Below are positions 26,405 to 36,820 of a DNA stretch of 64,000 nucleotides, one piece after another. The DNA is taken from positions 9,899 through 73,898 of the IMG/VR virus record IMGVR_UViG_2974723488_000001; one strand, given 5' to 3'. Position numbers and translations under genes: made by a program. The notes beneath the pieces were generated by a model. The model did not search any database, was not told the DNA's origin, and saw only the letters and a list, made by a program, of their open reading frames with translations. Every line of letters begins with the position of its first letter. Positions within the stretch are counted from its first letter, which is position 1. The DNA comes from a virus. Lineage: Duplodnaviria; Caudoviricetes.

Positions 26405-29400
26405 ATTGAACCAGGTTATGCCAGGGGTTCAGGTTAGGAGCACGAAGCCCTTGACCCGGACCAATGGAGTAACCCAATCGTCCTTCAGCGAACACCGAGA
26501 AGATGTTGTCTTCGATGGGCAAGCCCACGTTGCCAAACATCTCCGGTTTCGGAGCCACCGTTGCGAACAACGAGTGCAGCGGGTTGTTGCGGATCATGCT
26601 CACAGCAACCTTAGCCGAACGGATCTTGAAGTTGTAGAACCAGAGCAGGCCCATCGACTCCATGTAGCCACGGAAGCGTCCAGGCAGACGGTCGTAGTTA
26701 ATGAACTCTTCCGTCACACGACCCAGGGCATCTTCCTTCGACTTTTTCTGACGTTGCGTCATATCGTCATAGATGATGGCCTTGGCCATGAAGTCGCTGT
26801 ACTCCACCGCCTTCTGAATACCCTGGAACAGAGCAGTATCCTTGGTGATCAGAGCATAACGACCAGCCGTTTGAAGACCCTTCGGCAGACGATCCACCAG
26901 CTTCTCCATGTACTGCTGCATCTTACCTTCCGAGATGAGGATGTCATCACGGCTGATACCTGCATCAGAGATGCTGCTGAACTCACCACGCTCCAGCAGA
27001 GGCCAGATCGACAGACGCTTGTGGCTATCAGTGATCGACTGGATCTCAGCTTGCAGCTTGCGTTCCTTCACTGCATCGCCTTGGGCAGCACGAAGCTCGG
27101 CTTCAGCTTCCAATTGACGCAGACGAGTCTTCAGATACTGGTTGATTTCCGAAGTCTTCTTCGGGATACCCAACACAATATCCTTCATGGGAACACCACG
27201 ACCAACCATCTGGTAGATGTTAGCCAGGAAGTTCACAGCGGGAACGATGACAGACTTCACCACGATCAAGGTCTTGGCTTCCTTAACCACGTTCTGCACC
27301 ACATTCTCTGCACCCATCACGTACTTGTAGGCATTGTTGCCGAACACACCAAGCAGCAGCTTCTTAGTTGCGTCTTGAGTGTCCTTGCTCCAACGGCTGT
27401 TGCCAGTCCAAGCATCACCCACCGAAGCGGAACGATAACCAAAGGTGTCATTCAGCATGTCCTTGCGAACCCAGAACTCACCTTCACCGAAGAGACCCTG
27501 AGCACGATCCAGGGTTTCCTGGTTCAGCAGACGAATGGCATCAGCCATCACCGGGTCACGACGTTGCTCACGGAGATCCAGGACGTTCACGTACTGGCCC
27601 TTGTCACCGTCAGCCTTGAACATGGAATACAGCTTTTCCACCAGGGCATCATTGAAGAACTGAGCCTTGGCCTCTTCCACCTGACGACCACGCCACACAC
27701 CGACCATCTTGGCGAAATGATCATCCGCATTCAGAGCAGCCATACGAGCCGGGTCAATGGAACGCTCATAAGCGGTCACCTTACCCTGATCATCGTAGAC
27801 CGGCAGCAGAGTCTCGGTGCTTTTCTCCCCTTGGCTCAACAGACGCTGCACCTGAGCAATCGTATTCCGGTCCGTGATACGACCAGCAGTCATGCCATTG
27901 GTGAAGCCGGTGTTGGTATCCACACCACCCGCAGTGCTACGCACGTTCTGTGCAATGCCTTGCGAAAAGGGCGAACGAGCCGACACCGGAGCGAAGTAGT
28001 AGCCCCGGGAACCACGGAAACGATCAGCAGACGATCCCTTGTAGTCACCGATACGGACGTAAGACTTCTCGGCCAGCGTAGCGAAATCGGCATCATCGGC
28101 TACCACCAGGGACAGACCTTGCTGTGCTTCAGCAGGGATGTAGCCCTTGTAGGCGTTGAAGCGAGCAGCTTTGTTGGCCTTGGTCTTGCGTTGCTCTTCC
28201 ATACGCTGGCCCACCATGTAAGCCGTGGAGAAATCCATGCCTTCCACTTCCGTCTCTGCCAGTTCCTTCAGGACAGCACGCTTGTCCGAAGGGATGGCTT
28301 CCAAGGCGTACATGGAAATCAGGGCATCCAGATCTTGAACCATGGAATCAGTAGGAGCAGCACGACCATTGCGCTTGCGTTCACCCAGCAGGTGAGCCAC
28401 AGCATCCGCATTGCGGAGCAGATTGGAACCAGCCACGCCAGTGATCATGTAGTTCGCCAGTTGCTTGGCCTTGCTTTGGATCAGCTTCCAGTGAGCAGGA
28501 TCAGCGGCTTGGACCTTGCCTTCCAGATCATTGACCGCACGGTCAAAGGACTTGTCCTTGGACAGCAGATCACGGACTTCATCCGGAGAGAAGTGATCAC
28601 GCAGAGCAGCCACATCAGCCTTACCCAGACCAGTATGCAGAGCGGACCACTCATGGTCTTCCAGACGACGAGTGAACTTCTCAGCAATGGTAGTGGGCAG
28701 ATGCTCACGGAACTGCTGACGGTCTTGAGACACTTGACTCTTGACTGCCTTGATCATGTCATACACACCGGCATTGCTGGCAGTACGACCAACCAAGTCA
28801 TTCACGAAGTCATGGAAAGGTTGCCATGCCTTGGATTTGTTCATGGCAGTCATGACACCTTCTGCAACCGCAGCACCGTTCTTCTCGGTAGCCACCGCAG
28901 CAATCAAGCGAGCAGCCTGGGCCGTACCCTTGGCCAGCTTGGAGGCATCAGGATTGGCAATCACGCCATCGGCCTTGGCGATGGTGGAGTCTGACAGACG
29001 CTCCATCTGCTGAACGATGTAGTCGTTGGCACGGTCGATGAAGTTGCCGGTAGGGGTAGCCACCGAGTCATAGACCGTCTGACGATCCTGAGCCACTTCA
29101 CGGATTTTGCGAGCCAGGGCATCCACAGCTTCCGTCACGTTGCCAGCCTTGCGAGCACCAGCCAGAGTCTGGTTGAGAGTTTGCATGGCCTTGGTTCCAG
29201 CGTTGGTCAAGATGTTGTCCAGGGACACATCCTGCTTCTGGTTCGCCTTCGGCACAGGCATCTTGGCCAGCACTTGACGCAGATCATCGTGAACCATGGC
29301 AAGGCCAAGGAACACCGGCAGCAGGCTGCTACGACCTTGAGCATCAGTCTCGGTCAGGTAGTTGCCCATGATCACGTTGTACTTCTCCTGAGCGTAGTAA

Positions 29401-32400
29401 CGATCCGAGGGATCATTCGCTTCAGGGTCAGCCATGAAGTCTTCGACCTTGGCATTCTTGGTGACGTGGCTGTACAACTCCTGAGCGTATGCCAAAGAGT
29501 TGGGATCGATAGCGGCCTGAGTACCCAGAGCAGCCACCACCATTTGGAAGGTGGATTGCTCTTGAGTGGTCATCGGGAAGCCATTGGCCTGCACGTTCAC
29601 CATCAGGCGGGTAGCAGACATCAAAGCCTGATCCACCTTCGATTGAGTCGTGATTTGGTCAACAGGATCCGTGCCGATGTAATCGGTGACCAGCTTGTCG
29701 AAGGTCTGATTCAGTTCAGCAAGGCGAGTATCAGCACCGTAAGCATGGCTCTGGAACAGAGTCGTGTCACGGGCAACTTCCATGATGGAAGGCTGCGAAC
29801 GCATGATGATTGCCGAGTTGAACAGCAGGTTCGAGAACATGTCCTCACCAACCTTGGGCATGACCTTACGACCCCAGATCAGTTGCTTGATACCGGCGAT
29901 CACATCCTTGATCAGTTGAACCAAGGAGGGAGTAGCCTTCATCTTGGAAGACAGTTCACGGTTGGTCAGGCCCCACGCCATGAACTCGTTCAAGGCAGCA
30001 GCCTTGTTCAGCGAAGCGTCGGAGAAGCCATTGTTCAGGTGATCCTGAATGGCCATCTTCGCATCGGTGTAGGCATCTTGGAATTCCGGGGATTCCTTCG
30101 AGACATCGAATGCCACGAATTGATCCATCAGTTTTTCCAAACGGCCGACTGCCTCCGACACTGCACGACCTTGCAGTCCCAGATCCTGGCCCGTGTAATG
30201 GGCATAGACACTTTCAAACGTAGCGGCATGAACCAGTTCATGGATCAGAGTTTCGGTACGCGGCTGAGTCAGGTAGATGGTCTTGTCGTCGAAGGTAGTC
30301 CAACCGTCGATGTTGCCCTTCTTGGCTTCGGCCAGATCAGCAGGTTCCATCATTTGCTTGCCGGTCAGTTCAGCGTACAGGTTCACCTGTTCCGGAGTAC
30401 CGAACACCACCTTGTATTCCTTAGCGGCCAGGGACTTCTGAATCTCATTCAGAACAGCAGCTTGCTCAGGAGACATACGGCTGATCTTGCCCAGGTTCTT
30501 GATGGCAGTCACCGACAGAACACGAGCACCAGACTTCGCATGCACTCGACCCACCGCTTCAAAAGCAGGGTTGAGTTTTTCTTTTTCCACCGTTGATTCG
30601 GCAGGAGCTTTCAGCTTGGCCAGTTCTTCATTGAACATCTGGTTCAGCACAGCAACCTTCTCGTCAGTGGTCAGACCCTTGAAGTCCACCGTACCCTTGT
30701 TGGTGTACGAAGCACCAACAGCACCCATCTGGTCCACGGTCACCTGAACGCGATTCATCACATTGTGACGAGCCTTCACTTCAAGAGCCGTATTAGCCAG
30801 TCGGTTACCCAGAGCCAGAGCAGCAGCTTCCAGCACTTCCGGCTTCACCTTCTCATTCCAATACTTCGGTTCGAGCAGGCTACGACGCAGAGCAGCTTGC
30901 AGATCATCGCTCATGTTGCTGAAGTCAGCGTTCTTCATGAACTTCTGGAATGAGTCGGATACAGCCTGAGCAGGGTTACCTTGCCAGGACTTGTAGACGG
31001 CTTCGTTCGCCTTCACCGAATCTTCGGTAATGGTAGACAGTTTCATGTTCATGCCGTCGAAGATCTTCAACGTGCCGGTCGGACCATTCTTCATGGCTGC
31101 GAGTTCTTGCATCATCATGCCGTCACCCATGCCAATGGTCAGGAACGGAATACCAGCAACACCAGCATCGCTCGGGCCATAGAAGGTAGCAGGCACACGA
31201 ACGCTCTCGTCCAGAGAACGAGCAATGTGTCGATTGCCGCTGAACTCAGCAGTCTCGGAACCAGCCACGAAGAAGGTCTGGGCACCCGTCTCGATCATCG
31301 GAGCCAGGGGAGCCAAGGACTTCATGACGGCATCCATTTCCTTCTGGCTCAGGAAGTCGCTTTCCTTCCACGAAGGATCAGCAGCCTTCTTGGCTTCCAT
31401 GGCTTGATCCAGGCCACGCTTGTAGGCGTCTTGCAAGAACAGGGACTGTACCTGAGTAGCCTTCTGGATCTCACGGGTAGCTTCCATCAGCGGTTCGCCG
31501 ATGGTGCTGTTGATGGCATCACGCAGGGGAGTCACGAACAGGTGCAGCATGTTGGCTTGCAGAGCCTTCATCTGGGCAGCCTTGAGCGTGTACGTCTTCG
31601 GATCCATCTTGCGAGCATGGCCGGAACCAGTGGATTCCAACACGAGATTGCCCTTACGCAGAGTCACGGCATCCGAAGTCAGAGCTTCCATCGCATCCAG
31701 GAACTTACCCAGCATCTCTTCTGCATGGGCAGGAGATTCCGACTGAGGCCCGAACATGGCTTCAGCAGCAGAGATATTGGGATCGGCAGCACGGGATTGC
31801 AGCACTTGGCTCATGCGCTTGTAGATCTCACCGACCATGGTGGAAACTACCTTGCCAGCAATACCAGCAGCACCGGAACCATAGACGGTAATGGTCAGCG
31901 GGTTCTTGGCAATGCCACGCTTCAGTTCCAGTTCACCGGCATCATTGACCGACAGATCGGGCAGGAACAGATCCATCAAGGTCTGAAGCTGCGTCATCTG
32001 GTTCGACAAAGCAGGATCACCGCGCAGAGATTCACGCAGCACCTTGACGTTAGCCGCCAGTGCATCCGTGGTCGTCTGGTACAAGTCACGGCCGTCCACC
32101 TTGGAGTAGTGGTCGTTCAACGTCTTGCCGGGTTCACCCAGGAACATGCCACCCTTGGCCATGTTGGTCACCCACTGCGAAGTGAAGCGGCCACCGGTCA
32201 TGAGAGCCATGGCATTGATGGGACCGTTGGTCTTGCCGTCAGCTTCCACATACAGGGGAGTATTGAATTCGCTGCGATTCTCTGCATGCAGATAGCGAGC
32301 GTATTCCTGGAGAGCCATCAGGCCAACGAACGAAGGCTTACCACCCAGAGCCTTGCGGATGACATCCACAGCATTCGGGGGAAGTTCGGATTCATTCTGG

Positions 32401-35400
32401 AAGGCACGGATCATCTCGACAGCTTCAGCCATCGGACCCTTCAGCATACCCATCACTTCATTGACTGCATCAGCACGAGGTTTCGTCTCGACCTTCACAC
32501 CCAGAGCCTGGGCAAGACCCAAAGCAAAGGCAGAGAAGTCAGCCGTATTCTCGTTACTCAAATCCAGAGTGGACTGAGTGGGCAGCACTGCTTCACGCAT
32601 CAGCTTGCTGGACTGGGGGTTGTACTTACCCAGCATCTGCATACGACCGACACGGGTCATGTTGTAGCCGTAGAAGATCGGTTGATCATCCACTTGGCTC
32701 GTCAGTTCCGACAGTTGATCGAATGCAGCAGCAATGGAACGGTTCTGACCATCCATGGAGCGAGCATCATTGATGTTCAGGACTTCTTCATCCATCTTTC
32801 CATTGGCGAAGAGTTCCAGAATACCTTCACGACCCAGTGCTTCATACAGACGAACCGTAGGATTGTGAACGTAGAACGGAGTGTTCTGCTCATTGCGGAT
32901 AGCACGAACCTGATCCGGAGTGTTCTCAACACCAGGATTACGCAGTTGAGTGCGTGCAACGGGAGGACGATCCTCACCAATGAACAGCTTCTCTTCCGGA
33001 TTGACCAACACTGCCTCTTCGATGGCAGTGGGGTACTGGCGAACAGCATCATCATCCTCCAGAGGACGGATGCGATACAGGTTCACTTCACGGACCTTGC
33101 CGGGTTCACCGTCAGCCAGGATGTTGCCCATGTCGTCGATGGCGATGTTCTGGACTTCCACATCCCCACGCTTGACGAAAGCAGCCAGAAGCTCAGAAGC
33201 CACGGCAGCAGGAATACCCTTGGTGTAGCCAATGGGAGCGTCGGGATTGCGTTGCAGTCCCCAGTAGGACTCGACCTTTTGAGCCAAGGCATTCACAGCC
33301 TCGACAGCAGTCATGCCATTCTGGAAATCGGTCAGCAGGCTATCAGGCACCAGACTTTCATCGATACCCAGGATGGAAGCCACGTCTTTCATGTCCTTAA
33401 CGGAACCACGAGAGACAGCAGTCAGACGCCATTGCAGACCAGCCAGAACTGCGGTTTGCAGCAGACTTTCGTTGTACTGCAAAGTGTCACCAACCTGTTC
33501 CGTGATATTCAGGCTCTTGCCCATCACCCAACGGTTCGGTTCACGATCCAGCTTGGACATGATCTTGTCGTTAGCCACGAACTTGGCGAGCGAATCACGC
33601 ATGTTCTGGGCAACCAGACGACCGACTTCCATCACATCCTTGTAGGACGAAATCACATCACCATCCAGCTTCGAGTTGGCTTCGGCACCCAGGTGAGCAG
33701 CCATACGAGCATTGCTGGTCAACACCTTGGCAATGTCTTCCAGCGGAGCTTCGGAACCAATGACGCGAGTACGGGCTTCGGTCGGCAGAGTGAAGGAATT
33801 CGTGAACTGGTTCTTCTCGATCAGGTTCGGGTAAACGGCAGCAGTCCCCGTCTTTTCGACGGTAGGTTCTTGGACAGGAGCAGCAGGCGTTTCCGGAGTT
33901 ACGTCTTCTTGCTTTGCCTCTACCACAGGTTCGGCTTTCGGGGGTACAGTGGCGGCAGGTTCCTCGGTAACAACCGGGGGTTCTTCCTTCACAACTTCTT
34001 CAGCGGGTGCAGCCTTCTTTGCTTCACGAGCGACATCAAGATCGCGTTGACGGAAAGACTTCACCACCTCGGATGCAGGCGCGTCCAGACGCTGATCCAA
34101 CGGGACCAGTTCAACATGATCGACCTTCAACTCCGGGTAAGCCGTAGCGAGGGCATTGGCAATTTCGCCGACCGTTTTTGCCTCAAGTCCCACTTGCTGG
34201 GCAAATTTGACCGACTTGGTGTCATAGGGGTTTACCCCGAGTCCCTTGCGGCTCTCGACCCAATCCCGTCCAGCAGTGAGGGATTGATACTTGACCGAAC
34301 GATTCGGATCACCATTCCCCGAAATCAGATGCTCATTGAGCGCTCCGACCTTGTTCTGCATGTGCTGGGCGAACTTGAGAAAGTCGTCAAGGCGAGCGGC
34401 GGCGAGATCGAGGTTACCCGCGTTGTACGCCGAACGAATCCCCTTCGCATGTTGAAGCGCCGAATACTGTCCTTCTGCTCGCGTTTCATCCGTCTTGATC
34501 TGTTTACCCACAATGTCTTGCGGACGAAGACCAAGGCGTTCCGCCTCTAAGTCGAACTGACGAGCACCCTGCAACAGAGCCGATGCACTCTTCAGTGCAG
34601 CCAACTGCGAGTTGTTCAGGGCAATCTTCCCTTCCGATGCATGCTTCAGGATCTGGCCAATCACTTCGGGATTGGCTTTTTCCGGGGCAGCTTCAGCCTG
34701 AGCCACAGCCAACTTAATGTTCTGTTCACCAGCCGGAGTAGCGATATTGGCTTCCGTCACCGGCTTCACTTGAGCTTCGGACAGCATTCCCTGTACCGCA
34801 CGCAGAGCACGCAGTACCTTCGGGGTATTCCCCAGGTTCGCAGCCAGATTGCTGAATTGAGCCAGGGCTTCCTGAGCCGGGTGATCAGCAGGCAGCTTTT
34901 CGATAGCCGAGGGCATACGCTCGAAGAAGCCTTCCATGGTTCCAACCATGTCATGCAGCGTCAGCGATGCAGCCATATGGGCATCCGAACCTTCATCCGA
35001 CTTGTTGATCAAGTCGGAGAGCTTCTCGAATGCTTCAGCACGAGTGGTAGCCGTGGACACAGCATCCTTCACCTCTTGAGGCATGGACGGCTGATCCAGT
35101 TCAGCAGGGTTGAACTTGGCAGCATTGACCAGATCGTCAATGTACTGATTGGCTTCGGTCTTCTCTTCCGGAGTAGCCTTTACCGATTCCACTGCTTCCT
35201 TCATGGTGGCAGCAGCTTGATCAGCAGTCTGTACAGCTTCAGCCGCAGCAGCTTGAACGGTACGGTCAGCAACCGGGCTGGCCTGTTCATTCTGCTTCAT
35301 GACCGCTTCACCACGAGCCATGATGGGAGACAGTGCCGTGTTGGCAGCAGCCTTCACAGTATTCAACGTTCCCTTCATAACCGCAGCAGCGGGGGCTACA

Positions 35401-36716
35401 GCCGCTCCAGCAGCTTTAACTGAAGCACCCGGTACTTGGACAGCACCAGCAGTTCCGAAGCCGTACAGGGCGCCTACGCCAGCCTGTTCACCCACACCTT
35501 CCAGAATGTCCGTGTTGGTATCGACATAGCGACGTTCAGCCAAATTCTGAGCCAGTTGGCCGGAACCAGACTGAATACCTTCTTCCACCGTCTCACGCAG
35601 CAGGTTGCCAACGAATTGGCCCATGTTGCCGACAGTGAAGGGATTCGATTCCAGACGAGCAACCAGGGGACCGGTAGCGGCACCCACAGGAGCTTGGATG
35701 GCAGCAGCCATCTTGCCGGTGGCATTAGCCACACGAACACGAGCATCTTCAGGAGACACACCCTGCTTGATCAGATCCTGGTACAGCGGGGAAGTCTTGG
35801 CCAGTTCAGCGAAGTCCTTCTTCATGACTTCTGCCGTCACCTGTTGGTAAGCACCACCGGCTTCCATGGTTCCCACTGCGGCAGCAGCCGGGGCAGCGCC
35901 AGCAGCAGCATTCAGGATACGGGCAGCAGACATACTGCCAGCAGCCGTATCGATTGCAGCCGCAGCACCCACACCTGCCTTGACGCTATTCGGGATGACA
36001 GCCTGACCGACCTTAGCGAAACCCTTGATCAGCGGACCAGCAGCCAGCAGGGAACCAACCCCTTGGCTAACGCCGGAACCAAGAGTGGCAGGATCCTGCA
36101 CAGCTTGGGCCACGGAATCGAAAGCATCACGACCGATACGAGCAAGACCAGCCACGAGCTTGGAATCGCCAGCAGCGATGTCCTTCTCGTATTGGGCAGC
36201 GTTGTCACGGGTAGCTTCAGCAGTGCGGGCTTGGTTCACTCGACGACGAGCCTGGAGATCACCCGATTGGGTTCCCTGCGCCCATTCATTCAGATCACCG
36301 ATCTGGCTTGCCAGATTGGCACCGGCTTCTTCATTGAAGAGGCCCGTACCCAAGGCACCGATACCACCCACGGCATTAGCCAATCCCAGGCCAACATCGG
36401 TGACCACATCACCGGCACCCTGGGAGAAGGTGCGTTGACCGGATTGATCACGCACCAGTTGACCAGCAGCATCAGCTCGACGAACCAGGGCATCGAAGCC
36501 ATAGTTCTGGGCATAGGTGTTGGCATCCTGAGTGCGGAGAGCTTGCTCTTGCGGACTGGCAGAATCCATCCCGGTTCCCGCCTGTTGTCCAGCCAGTCCC
36601 TGGTATTCCAGGCCACCGACTTCGGCTTTCTTCTGCTCGGTAGCGGCTGCGACAGCATCCCGTTTGGCAGCGCCAATGGAGTTCGCGTAACCGGCCAAGC
36701 GGTCAAAAGTAGACAT
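26403..36716 (-). CDS. virion-encapsidated RNA polymerase (N4 gp50-like vRNAP)
   Basis: 3437 aa; TRVGRMQM, EADGKTNG (motif A), RGIAKNPLTITVYGSG (motif B), KIFDG (motif C); no Cys noticed on reading. Confidence 0.97.
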   Translation of the reverse strand: MSTFDRLAGYANSIGAAKRDAVAAATEQKKAEVGGLEYQGLAGQQAGTGMDSASPQEQALRTQDANTYAQNYGFDALVRRADAAGQLVRDQSGQRTFSQGAGDVVTDVGLGLANAVGGIGALGTGLFNEEAGANLASQIGDLNEWAQGTQSGDLQARRRVNQARTAEATRDNAAQYEKDIAAGDSKLVAGLARIGRDAFDSVAQAVQDPATLGSGVSQGVGSLLAAGPLIKGFAKVGQAVIPNSVKAGVGAAAAIDTAAGSMSAARILNAAAGAAPAAAAVGTMEAGGAYQQVTAEVMKKDFAELAKTSPLYQDLIKQGVSPEDARVRVANATGKMAAAIQAPVGAATGPLVARLESNPFTVGNMGQFVGNLLRETVEEGIQSGSGQLAQNLAERRYVDTNTDILEGVGEQAGVGALYGFGTAGAVQVPGASVKAAGAAVAPAAAVMKGTLNTVKAAANTALSPIMARGEAVMKQNEQASPVADRTVQAAAAEAVQTADQAAATMKEAVESVKATPEEKTEANQYIDDLVNAAKFNPAELDQPSMPQEVKDAVSTATTRAEAFEKLSDLINKSDEGSDAHMAASLTLHDMVGTMEGFFERMPSAIEKLPADHPAQEALAQFSNLAANLGNTPKVLRALRAVQGMLSEAQVKPVTEANIATPAGEQNIKLAVAQAEAAPEKANPEVIGQILKHASEGKIALNNSQLAALKSASALLQGARQFDLEAERLGLRPQDIVGKQIKTDETRAEGQYSALQHAKGIRSAYNAGNLDLAAARLDDFLKFAQHMQNKVGALNEHLISGNGDPNRSVKYQSLTAGRDWVESRKGLGVNPYDTKSVKFAQQVGLEAKTVGEIANALATAYPELKVDHVELVPLDQRLDAPASEVVKSFRQRDLDVAREAKKAAPAEEVVKEEPPVVTEEPAATVPPKAEPVVEAKQEDVTPETPAAPVQEPTVEKTGTAAVYPNLIEKNQFTNSFTLPTEARTRVIGSEAPLEDIAKVLTSNARMAAHLGAEANSKLDGDVISSYKDVMEVGRLVAQNMRDSLAKFVANDKIMSKLDREPNRWVMGKSLNITEQVGDTLQYNESLLQTAVLAGLQWRLTAVSRGSVKDMKDVASILGIDESLVPDSLLTDFQNGMTAVEAVNALAQKVESYWGLQRNPDAPIGYTKGIPAAVASELLAAFVKRGDVEVQNIAIDDMGNILADGEPGKVREVNLYRIRPLEDDDAVRQYPTAIEEAVLVNPEEKLFIGEDRPPVARTQLRNPGVENTPDQVRAIRNEQNTPFYVHNPTVRLYEALGREGILELFANGKMDEEVLNINDARSMDGQNRSIAAAFDQLSELTSQVDDQPIFYGYNMTRVGRMQMLGKYNPQSSKLMREAVLPTQSTLDLSNENTADFSAFALGLAQALGVKVETKPRADAVNEVMGMLKGPMAEAVEMIRAFQNESELPPNAVDVIRKALGGKPSFVGLMALQEYARYLHAENRSEFNTPLYVEADGKTNGPINAMALMTGGRFTSQWVTNMAKGGMFLGEPGKTLNDHYSKVDGRDLYQTTTDALAANVKVLRESLRGDPALSNQMTQLQTLMDLFLPDLSVNDAGELELKRGIAKNPLTITVYGSGAAGIAGKVVSTMVGEIYKRMSQVLQSRAADPNISAAEAMFGPQSESPAHAEEMLGKFLDAMEALTSDAVTLRKGNLVLESTGSGHARKMDPKTYTLKAAQMKALQANMLHLFVTPLRDAINSTIGEPLMEATREIQKATQVQSLFLQDAYKRGLDQAMEAKKAADPSWKESDFLSQKEMDAVMKSLAPLAPMIETGAQTFFVAGSETAEFSGNRHIARSLDESVRVPATFYGPSDAGVAGIPFLTIGMGDGMMMQELAAMKNGPTGTLKIFDGMNMKLSTITEDSVKANEAVYKSWQGNPAQAVSDSFQKFMKNADFSNMSDDLQAALRRSLLEPKYWNEKVKPEVLEAAALALGNRLANTALEVKARHNVMNRVQVTVDQMGAVGASYTNKGTVDFKGLTTDEKVAVLNQMFNEELAKLKAPAESTVEKEKLNPAFEAVGRVHAKSGARVLSVTAIKNLGKISRMSPEQAAVLNEIQKSLAAKEYKVVFGTPEQVNLYAELTGKQMMEPADLAEAKKGNIDGWTTFDDKTIYLTQPRTETLIHELVHAATFESVYAHYTGQDLGLQGRAVSEAVGRLEKLMDQFVAFDVSKESPEFQDAYTDAKMAIQDHLNNGFSDASLNKAAALNEFMAWGLTNRELSSKMKATPSLVQLIKDVIAGIKQLIWGRKVMPKVGEDMFSNLLFNSAIIMRSQPSIMEVARDTTLFQSHAYGADTRLAELNQTFDKLVTDYIGTDPVDQITTQSKVDQALMSATRLMVNVQANGFPMTTQEQSTFQMVVAALGTQAAIDPNSLAYAQELYSHVTKNAKVEDFMADPEANDPSDRYYAQEKYNVIMGNYLTETDAQGRSSLLPVFLGLAMVHDDLRQVLAKMPVPKANQKQDVSLDNILTNAGTKAMQTLNQTLAGARKAGNVTEAVDALARKIREVAQDRQTVYDSVATPTGNFIDRANDYIVQQMERLSDSTIAKADGVIANPDASKLAKGTAQAARLIAAVATEKNGAAVAEGVMTAMNKSKAWQPFHDFVNDLVGRTASNAGVYDMIKAVKSQVSQDRQQFREHLPTTIAEKFTRRLEDHEWSALHTGLGKADVAALRDHFSPDEVRDLLSKDKSFDRAVNDLEGKVQAADPAHWKLIQSKAKQLANYMITGVAGSNLLRNADAVAHLLGERKRNGRAAPTDSMVQDLDALISMYALEAIPSDKRAVLKELAETEVEGMDFSTAYMVGQRMEEQRKTKANKAARFNAYKGYIPAEAQQGLSLVVADDADFATLAEKSYVRIGDYKGSSADRFRGSRGYYFAPVSARSPFSQGIAQNVRSTAGGVDTNTGFTNGMTAGRITDRNTIAQVQRLLSQGEKSTETLLPVYDDQGKVTAYERSIDPARMAALNADDHFAKMVGVWRGRQVEEAKAQFFNDALVEKLYSMFKADGDKGQYVNVLDLREQRRDPVMADAIRLLNQETLDRAQGLFGEGEFWVRKDMLNDTFGYRSASVGDAWTGNSRWSKDTQDATKKLLLGVFGNNAYKYVMGAENVVQNVVKEAKTLIVVKSVIVPAVNFLANIYQMVGRGVPMKDIVLGIPKKTSEINQYLKTRLRQLEAEAELRAAQGDAVKERKLQAEIQSITDSHKRLSIWPLLERGEFSSISDAGISRDDILISEGKMQQYMEKLVDRLPKGLQTAGRYALITKDTALFQGIQKAVEYSDFMAKAIIYDDMTQRQKKSKEDALGRVTEEFINYDRLPGRFRGYMESMGLLWFYNFKIRSAKVAVSMIRNNPLHSLFATVAPKPEMFGNVGLPIEDNIFSVFAEGRLGYSIGPGQGLRAPNLNPWHNLVQ

Positions 36717-36763
36717 GGTGTCTATCCTATAAGAGATATGTTTGTAGTAAGTCTACCACTATC

Positions 36764-36797
36764 CAAAAGAAAACGCCCCACTCAAGAGAGTGAGGCG
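36764..36797 (-). terminator. Rho-independent terminator
   Basis: Minus strand CGCCTCACTC-TCTT-GAGTGGGGCG-TTTTCTTTT. Confidence 0.8.
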
Positions 36798-36820
36798 CTG
36801 AGTGGCGAGGTCAGTGTACC